From: Chitinophagales bacterium
GTDB lineage: Bacteria; Bacteroidota; Bacteroidia; Chitinophagales; CAIOSU01
Length of the DNA: 64,000 bases
Reading direction: 5' to 3'
Assembly (NCBI GenBank): GCA_026003335.1
Contig: BPHB01000003.1
Span: forward strand, 129,013-193,012
The notes beneath the pieces are model-generated. The model saw only the letters and a list, made by a program, of their open reading frames with translations. It ran no database searches and was not told the origin of the DNA. Of this stretch, positions 19,596-26,498 are shown piece by piece; position 1 is the stretch's first letter, and each line of letters begins with the position of its first letter. A program made the translations under genes and the position numbers.

Positions 19596-20487
19596 CTTGT
19601 CCTCCGGGAGCAGAGGTCGCAGAGCCATTCAGACTGAACTGCAGAAAATGCTGGCGCATTAAAAGCCGGTCGTAGAGATAAAACATGGCAATAATTAGAA
19701 AAACAATGATAAGGCCTTCGGTTGGGGTAAGCACATGATAAATAATATCGGAATTGCGGAGCTGCAGCCAGAAAGGCAGCGGGTCAGGATATTTGCTCAG
19801 GGTGAGCCAGGCCTGTCCTGTGCCGCGCGCATAGAGTTCCATGCGACCTGTTTGAAGCATCCAGGTGATAGCTATTGCCAGCAATGCAGTGATGTGCAGT
19901 TCGGGCAGCCGATACCATTGTTTTACATCTAATGGACGTGTGGGGACTCCGGCTATACTGATTAAAACCAGTGCGATTCCGATGCCCAGTTGATTGATGA
20001 CTATATCATTAAAGTCAAAGTAGTCTGCTCCGAGAGAATGCCACACCTTGTACTGAAAAAATTCGTCTAATGCACCCAACAGCGTGCAGTAAAACATGGT
20101 GCGGCCATGGCTTTGCGTCAAAGGATAAATCAGTAGGGCCAGAAAACCAAATTGAAAAGCATGGATAATTTCGATATTGACAACAAAGAGCGCCTGCATG
20201 TGCAGGATGATTAAGCAGATCATAGCTGTAAAAAATGCAGTTTTGATACCGGAGGATTGCCGATAGTGCCGGAGTTTTTTTTTGACATACCATACCAGCA
20301 GAGCAAGCACTGAAAAACTGCCAATTGCCACCGCAAGGTTGTAGCGGTCAGCATTGATTTTTTCCATAATCCATACGGATAAGGCCACAAACGTATCGTG
20401 CATCACCAGAATGAAAACCATATAGACTGCCACAAGTGTGGCAGTGAGCATCTTTCTGTTCTTCAGCCAGGTTATGAGTGTGTACAT
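19564..20487 (-). CDS. polytopic membrane protein, VanZ-like motif
   Basis: 307 aa with multiple hydrophobic helices. GALDEFFQY...DFNDIVINQLGIGIAL resembles the VanZ signature. The 3' end overlaps the convergent GT2 gene by 32 nt. Confidence 0.45.
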   Translation of the reverse strand: MYTLITWLKNRKMLTATLVAVYMVFILVMHDTFVALSVWIMEKINADRYNLAVAIGSFSVLALLVWYVKKKLRHYRQSSGIKTAFFTAMICLIILHMQALFVVNIEIIHAFQFGFLALLIYPLTQSHGRTMFYCTLLGALDEFFQYKVWHSLGADYFDFNDIVINQLGIGIALVLISIAGVPTRPLDVKQWYRLPELHITALLAIAITWMLQTGRMELYARGTGQAWLTLSKYPDPLPFWLQLRNSDIIYHVLTPTEGLIIVFLIIAMFYLYDRLLMRQHFLQFSLNGSATSAPGGQVKRIFPSKAR

Positions 20488-20547
20488 AAACTGATCCTCA
20501 AATTAATGGATCAGGGTTTTGATTTCCAGTGTTTGTACGATACAGCT

Positions 20548-20967
20548 TCATTTTTTCAGGAAGCTCAGTATGGCTAAGCGGTAGCCATCAAGTCCAAGTC
20601 CGGCTATTATGCCCTTGCAAACGGGAGAGAGAAGCGATTTGTGGCGAAATTCTTCCCGCGCATACGGATTGGAGATATGCACTTCCACCACAGGTGTGGA
20701 AACCGCAGCCACCGCATCAGCCAAAGCAACCGAGGTGTGGGTATATCCTCCGGCATTCAATATAATGCCATCATAAGAGAAACCCACCTCGTGCAGTTTG
20801 TTAATCAGTTCGCCTTCCACATTGCTCTGATAGTATGCAAGATGAATAGAGGAAAATTCGTCTTTAAGTTTCCGGTAATAATCGTCAAAAGAAACGTTGC
20901 CATAGATTTCCGGCTGTCTTTTCCCCAACAAATTCAGATTGGGTCCGTTGATAATAATCAGCTTCAT
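20548..20967 (-). CDS. aroQ: type II 3-dehydroquinate dehydratase
   Basis: 139 aa. MKLIIINGPNLNLLGKRQPEIYG and HISNPYAREEFR motifs. Confidence 0.92.
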   Translation of the reverse strand: MKLIIINGPNLNLLGKRQPEIYGNVSFDDYYRKLKDEFSSIHLAYYQSNVEGELINKLHEVGFSYDGIILNAGGYTHTSVALADAVAAVSTPVVEVHISNPYAREEFRHKSLLSPVCKGIIAGLGLDGYRLAILSFLKK

Positions 20968-21010
20968 ATTTACCTCTAAAGTTAATTTTCATCCTGTAAA
21001 CTTTGGTAAC

Positions 21011-21925
21011 ATGGCATGGACGAGCAGCATAAAGGGTTTTACTGCTTATCTGAAGCTGGAGCGTTCTCTTTCAAAAAACACGGTTGCTGCCTATGAGCGG
21101 GATATCCAATTGCTGGAGGATTTTCTTAAAGAAAAAGAATATGCCGTCACCCCGCAGGAAATTACCCCTGCCTTGTTGCGGGAGTTCATCACCTGGATAA
21201 GTGAAAGAGGTTTTAAAGATCGCTCGCAGGCGCGCATCCTTTCGGGGGTAAGGGCTTTTTACAAATACCTGCTTACAGAAGATATGACCGATAAAAATCC
21301 TACTCTGCTGGTAGAAGGTCCCAAGTTGAGTCGTAAGCTGCCTGATGTATTAAGTTATGAAGAGATAAATGCCATCATTGATGCTATTGACTTGAGCAAG
21401 CCGGAGGGCATGCGCAACAAAGCCATGCTGGAAACTTTGTATAGCTGCGGCTTGCGTGTCTCCGAGCTGATTAATCTGAAAATTTCCAATCTTCATCTCA
21501 ATCTGAATTATATCAAAGTAACCGGTAAGGGGAATAAGGAGCGTTTGGTGCCCATCGGGGATGTAGCGGTAAAATACATTCAGATTTACCGACAGGAGGT
21601 GCGCTCCCATATCCGCGTAAAAAAGGGCTGTGAAGATATTTTATTCCTGAACAGGTGGGGAGGGAAGTTGTCGCGTATAATGGTGTTTTTGCTCATCAAA
21701 CAACTGGCGCTTCAGGCTGGAATCAAAAAGAACATCAGTCCGCATACATTCAGGCATTCATTTGCTACGCATCTGGTTGAGGGTGGGGCCAATCTGCGGG
21801 CTGTGCAGGAAATGCTGGGACACGCTTCTATCACTACCACTGAAATATATACCCACCTGGATCGTCATTACCTGCGTGATACCGTACTCCGGTTTCATCC
21901 GCGCTATAATCAAAGCGGACTGTAA
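21011..21925 (+). CDS. xerD: site-specific tyrosine recombinase XerD
   Basis: ATG at 21011 (MAWTSSIKGFTAYLKLERSLS). The N-terminal SAM-like domain, the catalytic residues R..HxxR..Y (HTFRHSFATHL, TTEIYTH), and the divergent aroQ neighbour are all typical. Confidence 0.85.
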   Translation: MAWTSSIKGFTAYLKLERSLSKNTVAAYERDIQLLEDFLKEKEYAVTPQEITPALLREFITWISERGFKDRSQARILSGVRAFYKYLLTEDMTDKNPTLLVEGPKLSRKLPDVLSYEEINAIIDAIDLSKPEGMRNKAMLETLYSCGLRVSELINLKISNLHLNLNYIKVTGKGNKERLVPIGDVAVKYIQIYRQEVRSHIRVKKGCEDILFLNRWGGKLSRIMVFLLIKQLALQAGIKKNISPHTFRHSFATHLVEGGANLRAVQEMLGHASITTTEIYTHLDRHYLRDTVLRFHPRYNQSGL

Positions 21926-21932
21926 ACAGGTA

Positions 21933-22877
21933 TTAATTTAAATCGCTGATTTTACCGGCCAGCAGAAAAAGCACCGCCATGCGGATAGCCACACCATTTT
22001 CCACTTGCTGAAGAATGATAGAACGGCCGGGATCATCGGCTACATCGGACGAGAGTTCAATGCCTCGGTTAATGGGGCCGGGATGCATGATGACAATTTC
22101 TTTTTTCAAGGCATCCAGACGTGCCCTGGTTATACCGTAATAGAGTGCATACTCCCGCAGGGAGGGAAAGTAATGGCTTCTTTGCCGCTCAAGTTGAATA
22201 CGCAACACATTGGCCACATCGCACCATTGCAAGGCCTGCGAAACCTTGTATTCCACCTTTACGCCCAGCGAAGTGATGTATTTGGGAATAAGCGTTGGCG
22301 GACCGCACACCATGACTTCAGCGCCCAGCTTTTGCAGGCAGAAAATGTTAGACAATGCTACACGGGAGTGTAATATATCGCCAAAGATGCATACCCGAAG
22401 CCCTTTGAATGACTTCAGTTTGAGCTTCTCTCTTATGGAATAGGCATCCAGTAAAGCCTGAGTAGGGTGCTCGTGTGTTCCGTCACCGGCATTGATTATT
22501 TGGGCATTGACGTGCTTGGACAGGAAAATGCAGGCTCCCGGGCTGGAATGCCGGATAACTATCATATCCACCCGCATGGCCAGTATGTTGTTGACTGTAT
22601 CAATCAGCGTTTCACCTTTTTTTACGGAGGAGGACGAGGAGGAAAAATTGATGATATCGGCTGAAAGGCGTTTTTCAGCAAGTTCAAAGGATATGCGTGT
22701 GCGGGTAGAATTTTCAAAAAACAGGTTCGCTATAGTAATGTCGCGTAGGGAGGGTACTTTTTTGATCGGGCGGCTCAATACCTCTTTAAAGCGGTCAGTT
22801 GTGGTAAGAATGAGCTCTATGTCTTCACGGGTAAGGTTTTGAATACCCAGCAGGTGTCTGACGCTGAGCGCACTCAT
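21933..22877 (-). CDS. pyrB: aspartate carbamoyltransferase catalytic subunit
   Basis: 314 aa. Motifs FFENSTRTR, HPTQALLD and HPGPINRG. Confidence 0.93.
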   Translation of the reverse strand: MSALSVRHLLGIQNLTREDIELILTTTDRFKEVLSRPIKKVPSLRDITIANLFFENSTRTRISFELAEKRLSADIINFSSSSSSVKKGETLIDTVNNILAMRVDMIVIRHSSPGACIFLSKHVNAQIINAGDGTHEHPTQALLDAYSIREKLKLKSFKGLRVCIFGDILHSRVALSNIFCLQKLGAEVMVCGPPTLIPKYITSLGVKVEYKVSQALQWCDVANVLRIQLERQRSHYFPSLREYALYYGITRARLDALKKEIVIMHPGPINRGIELSSDVADDPGRSIILQQVENGVAIRMAVLFLLAGKISDLN

Positions 22878-22941
22878 TTTGCATCTGCGGTTTTAACAGG
22901 TTCCGGTGTATAGATTTTCAGAGTTGCCTTCATTGACTTGC

Positions 22942-23487
22942 TTAATCTTTTTTTTGCATTATCCACACGCGGTCTTGTCCATCTGTTTCTTTCCAGTCCA
23001 CTTTTACATATTCTGATTCAATGGCATCAATGGTTTTGCCCACATAGTTGGCCTGAATGGGCATGTGGCGGCTGAGGCGCCTGTCAATGAGTACCAACAG
23101 CTCCACGATAGATGGCCTGCCAAAGTCCAGCAGGGCATCAAAGGCTGCACGCACGGTACGGGCAGTGTATAGCACATCGTCTATGAGGACCACCTTTCTA
23201 CCCTCAATGGAAAAATCAATTATGGTGTCATTGGCCGTATGCACCTTTTCGCTTCTGCGAAAGTCATCACGGTAGAAAGTAATGTCCAGCACTCCATAAT
23301 AGAGGGGGTGGTTGCGGCTGATTTCCTTGAGGCGGCTGTTTATCCGCCTGGATAAATGGATGCCCCTGGGCTGAATGCCGATGAGTGCGGTGTCTGAAAA
23401 ATCTTTGTGGTTTTCAATAAGCTGATAGCACAAACGGTCAATGGTGAGCGCAAACTTCTTGCTGTCTAAAATTACCCTTGCCGGCAT
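22942..23487 (-). CDS. pyrR: bifunctional pyr regulator / uracil phosphoribosyltransferase PyrR
   Basis: 181 aa. PRPP-binding loop VVLIDDVLYTARTVRAA. Lies directly upstream of pyrB. Confidence 0.9.
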   Translation of the reverse strand: MPARVILDSKKFALTIDRLCYQLIENHKDFSDTALIGIQPRGIHLSRRINSRLKEISRNHPLYYGVLDITFYRDDFRRSEKVHTANDTIIDFSIEGRKVVLIDDVLYTARTVRAAFDALLDFGRPSIVELLVLIDRRLSRHMPIQANYVGKTIDAIESEYVKVDWKETDGQDRVWIMQKKD

Positions 23488-23503
23488 TTAGGTTACTGGC
23501 AGG

Positions 23504-23511
23504 CAAATATA
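23504..23511 (-). promoter_or_regulatory. candidate Bacteroidota -7 promoter box TATATTTG upstream of pyrR
   Basis: The minus strand reads ...attatccctTATATTTGcctgccagtaacctaaATG, an exact match to TAnnTTTG, 16 nt before the pyrR ATG. No clear -33 TTG was seen. Confidence 0.3.
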
Positions 23512-23581
23512 AGGGATAATTGGTTTCTGCAGTATATTTTGCGCAATAGGCCGGTTATTTATATAAAACAAAGGTTGTTTT

Positions 23582-24784
23582 TTATGTTTCTGTAGCACAG
23601 ACTATACATTGTGGATCGCGGGATACTTTGGCGCCATACCAGCGCAGGATACCGGGTTGGGTAAAGCCATACCCCATCTTGGGCCATTGAGCATAAATAT
23701 TTTCTCTCCGGTTGGCCCAGATATAAAAATCAGCAGTAAGATCCTCTTCCAGACTCCGTATGCCGGTATCCATCCCTCTGGAAAGCTCTACCAGAGCCAG
23801 CTTGACCATCAGGTTGGCAATAGGAGCAATATCTGATGAGAGGCCTACCTGTACCAGGGCATGCCGATCCTCTTCACTGGTATAGGCCGGTAGCAGTTTT
23901 TTAGCCTGCTTCATCTGTGATATTTCTTCGTCATCGCTGCCTGCCTGCCGGATATTCTGTGAGTAAAGGCAATTGTAACACGGACCGGTGAAAGGTCTTA
24001 CCCGGAGCACATCGCCACCGGCAGCCCGGGTGAGGGCTCGTCCGTAGATGGCTGTAATTTTCAGGTTCAGCGATATATCATTAATCATAAAGCGGCTGCG
24101 GTCATTATCGGTGGCTGCTATAAGGAGGTCTGCCTGGCTGAGGTAGGGTAGGCATGCATCGCGGTGCTGTACAATGTCTTTTTCCAGCGCGATGACCGAG
24201 GCAAATGGGTTTTTCTGCAGCAACAGATCTTTTACTGCCCATGTTTTATATCGGCCCAGGTCTTGAATACCGCAGATGTGTCGGGCGATATTGGAAGCTT
24301 CCAGGCGGTCATAATCTATAAGGATAAATTTACCTATGCCGGCTTTTGCCAACTCCAGAGCAATAGCCGAACCTCCACTGCCCAGGCCAATAACAGCAAC
24401 CGTTTTTGCCGCCAGTGCATCCGTTTCCAGGAGGCCTTCGCTGCGTGCAGATAATGCTTTGCCGTTGCTGATAATTATTAATGTGCATTCGGTGATGGAT
24501 GCACCATTTTTATAAAAAGCTTTGCCGTTTAATTTTCCTTCGTTGTTACAGTAGTGAATAATAATAGCTTCTTTTTCGCTCTGTTCAGCCGGATTCATTG
24601 ACGATATGCCCGAATAAAGTAGACAGGTTAATGGTTTGCCGTATGGATTTGCAAGATGATCCGGATAGGCGTGGAATACCGTATTTTCATCCAGGGCAAA
24701 GGCTATGCCTATAAGCGGTTCAGGGGTTGTGTTTTCGACAAGTTCATTGGTATGCAGCAGAAAGAGATAAACGCAGGGAAGCAT
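23582..24784 (-). CDS. ThiF/MoeB/E1-like adenylyltransferase with about 125-aa N-terminal extension
   Basis: 400 aa. Nucleotide loop VAVIGLGSGGSAIALELAKAGIGKFILIDYDRLEASNIARH and the ATDNDRSR motif. Two CxxC pairs (C269/C272, C393/C396). Confidence 0.85.
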   Translation of the reverse strand: MLPCVYLFLLHTNELVENTTPEPLIGIAFALDENTVFHAYPDHLANPYGKPLTCLLYSGISSMNPAEQSEKEAIIIHYCNNEGKLNGKAFYKNGASITECTLIIISNGKALSARSEGLLETDALAAKTVAVIGLGSGGSAIALELAKAGIGKFILIDYDRLEASNIARHICGIQDLGRYKTWAVKDLLLQKNPFASVIALEKDIVQHRDACLPYLSQADLLIAATDNDRSRFMINDISLNLKITAIYGRALTRAAGGDVLRVRPFTGPCYNCLYSQNIRQAGSDDEEISQMKQAKKLLPAYTSEEDRHALVQVGLSSDIAPIANLMVKLALVELSRGMDTGIRSLEEDLTADFYIWANRRENIYAQWPKMGYGFTQPGILRWYGAKVSRDPQCIVCATET

Positions 24785-24792
24785 GTAAGGAG

Positions 24793-24978
24793 TTAGAAGA
24801 ATCCGTCTTTATAGATCTGGTCAACGATAATTTCATTGGGCTTTAGCGTTTCATCTTCAGCGGGTTTGATGATGAGCTCTCCTGTTGTGGGATCAAAGGT
24901 GAGCTTCTTCTGAGAAGAATCCGAGTTTTTCTTCGCCATTTCTTCGGCTACTTTTTTGGGGTCTGATTCCTTGGTCAT
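24793..24978 (-). CDS. 61-aa charged small protein of unknown function (candidate modifier or substrate of the E1/E2/JAB cassette)
   Basis: ATG-initiated ORF that exactly fills the E2-E1 gap (10 nt and 8 nt spacers). Sequence MTKESDPKKVAEEMAKKNSDSSQKKLTFDPTTGELIIKPAEDETLKPNEIIVDQIYKDGFF. Coding status is inferred from its placement. Confidence 0.55.
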   Translation of the reverse strand: MTKESDPKKVAEEMAKKNSDSSQKKLTFDPTTGELIIKPAEDETLKPNEIIVDQIYKDGFF

Positions 24979-24988
24979 AATCCTAAAG

Positions 24989-25435
24989 TTAATACTGATG
25001 TTTTAAATAGTAATCAATGGGTTTTCCACTGATACGGTGTCCCTCATAAGCTTCCAGCCACATGCGGGCTTTGATGAGCACATTATAAAAAGTAAGGTTG
25101 GGATGCCAGTGACTGGGCTTAAAGGTGCACAGGGAAGGGAAGCCGTCACGTGGCTTGAGGAGGTGCATGTGCATATCCTGCTGATAATCGGAGAGTTTTT
25201 TCCCGTGATAGTCTGTAAGGCTTCCCGGATAGGTGATTACTACTTCAGGAATGGAATTGGGCATATCAGCGGGCACATACAGACGAATCAGATATCTATT
25301 CTTCAGGTTGGTGGTCATCCATCCTTCCAGCAGAATCTGTTGGAACAGGTATCGGGGTTTAAAGGAAGGGAAATAAATATGGAGCAGCTCCAATTCTTTT
25401 TCCAGACGTTTTTGCTGTGCCGGTGTCCAGATCAT
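24989..25435 (-). CDS. prokaryotic E2/UBC-like protein
   Basis: 148 aa. N-terminal helix QQKRLEKELELL, flap YLIRLYVPADMPNSIPEVV, then HMH-x12-C103-TFKPSHWHP, mirroring the E2 pattern HPN..C..W.P. C103 is the only cysteine. Confidence 0.7.
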   Translation of the reverse strand: MIWTPAQQKRLEKELELLHIYFPSFKPRYLFQQILLEGWMTTNLKNRYLIRLYVPADMPNSIPEVVITYPGSLTDYHGKKLSDYQQDMHMHLLKPRDGFPSLCTFKPSHWHPNLTFYNVLIKARMWLEAYEGHRISGKPIDYYLKHQY

Positions 25436-25438
25436 GAT

Positions 25439-26374
25439 TTAATCAAACAGTTTGAGACTTTGCATCAGCCGGCTTATGCGGCTTTTCCGCCTTTTCTCGG
25501 AGCGAAACACATTCAGCAGCTCCTGGAACCCCACCTTTTCTACCACATCCGGTTTGCTTTCGGGGAAGTTATGAGGGAAGCGTATTTCATAGCGTGCGCT
25601 ATCATGACTGAAGGAGATAGCAATGCGCTTATCGGCAAGCTGCAGCAGTTCCACATTCTGAAGGTCTTTGCGCTCCCTGAGTTTGTCAAATACCTCTCGC
25701 AGATAGCGCTGTCCTTCGGCTTTAGTCCAGAAAGAATCTGCGGGAAGATCCGGCTTTCCCGGATTTTTAAGGATCGTTTCAGGGGGCATTTGCTCAGGTG
25801 CAACTAAACTGCAGGACACCTGATCTGCAGCGGTATGGGGATGACGAAAATGTTTTTCCATGTCCGAAGGAAGGCTTTGCCTGACAGGACTGGTTCCTTC
25901 CAGTACCTGCCAGCTGCAGCGGTGATGCCGGTCAAGATTATCGCGCAAGAAAAGGAATGCCCCTAGTGAAACCTCTGCCTGCTCATCCATATTGACAATG
26001 CAGATAACAAAACGGGAAAATCCCGTGCCGCGCAGAGCATTTCTCATGGTGAGGATATCCCCAGGACTCGGTTCATTAAAACGCAAGTGGTGGTGGGAGT
26101 GCCAGGCTCCGATATGTTCCAGTCCATGGGCATGATGCAGCAGTGCACCCCACTGGTGCAGATAACCTATGTCCTGATTAAAATGAGCCCGCCCATGGAT
26201 GGCCTTTTGTCCAGGACCGATGGCAAACTCTACCACCGGAAATCCCTCCTTAGTCCACAAACCGAACAGATCGCCTCCGGTCTCGGCTTCAGGAAAGTCT
26301 ATTACATAACGACTGATATACTGCAATTCACTCTCATAAATAAATATTTTTCCTAATTGTATAGGGTCATGCAT
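25439..26374 (-). CDS. JAB/MPN+ (JAMM) metalloprotease with C-terminal extension
   Basis: 311 aa. Catalytic Glu context PEAETGGDLFG and JAMM motif WHSHHHLRFNEPSPGD. Its stop is 3 nt from the E2 start (TAAatcATG). Confidence 0.8.
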   Translation of the reverse strand: MHDPIQLGKIFIYESELQYISRYVIDFPEAETGGDLFGLWTKEGFPVVEFAIGPGQKAIHGRAHFNQDIGYLHQWGALLHHAHGLEHIGAWHSHHHLRFNEPSPGDILTMRNALRGTGFSRFVICIVNMDEQAEVSLGAFLFLRDNLDRHHRCSWQVLEGTSPVRQSLPSDMEKHFRHPHTAADQVSCSLVAPEQMPPETILKNPGKPDLPADSFWTKAEGQRYLREVFDKLRERKDLQNVELLQLADKRIAISFSHDSARYEIRFPHNFPESKPDVVEKVGFQELLNVFRSEKRRKSRISRLMQSLKLFD

Positions 26375-26498
26375 AGAGCCGAAATTTGAGAATTTTAAAC
26401 GGAAAAAAAATGCAGTTTTCAGAAAAGCGGTTTTTCCGCCTAAGCGGGAAAAGAGGGTGTAAGAAAATCATCTTACGATCTGTGCCCGGAAAATAAGG

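Noticed and set aside
20491-20514. Perfect 7-bp inverted repeat CTGATCC-n10-GGATCAG between the aroQ stop and the next minus-strand gene start
   Set aside because: The T-rich tract follows it on the plus strand, where no gene ends. On the minus strand the tail runs into the next start codon. Its function is unclear, so it is not called as a terminator.
20939-21010. Upstream extensions of several tracked ORFs (xerD 20939, WbqC 16174, hmgA 57851, GNAT 54007, PHM-like 56066, M43 paralog 1 43815)
   Set aside because: The extensions overlap neighbouring genes or a terminator and lack signal or conserved N-termini. Internal ATGs give canonical N-termini.
22878-23581. PyrR-binding attenuator RNA upstream of pyrR or pyrB
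   Set aside because: No UCCAGAGAGGCU-like loop was found in either leader, and the spacers are short (94 and 64 nt). PyrR may act only as a UPRTase here.
25037-25807. 256-aa plus-strand ORF spanning the E2/JAB junction
   Set aside because: It is antisense to two ORFs with clear catalytic motifs and crosses their 3-nt junction, and no family was recognised. It should be kept in mind only if transcript data show antisense expression.
26375-26498. Terminator or promoter in the rSAM-JAB spacer
   Set aside because: There are only 4-6 bp GC stems (GCGG/CCGC) with a short T tract on the minus strand, and no TAnnTTTG match. This is too weak to call either way, so the operon structure is left open.
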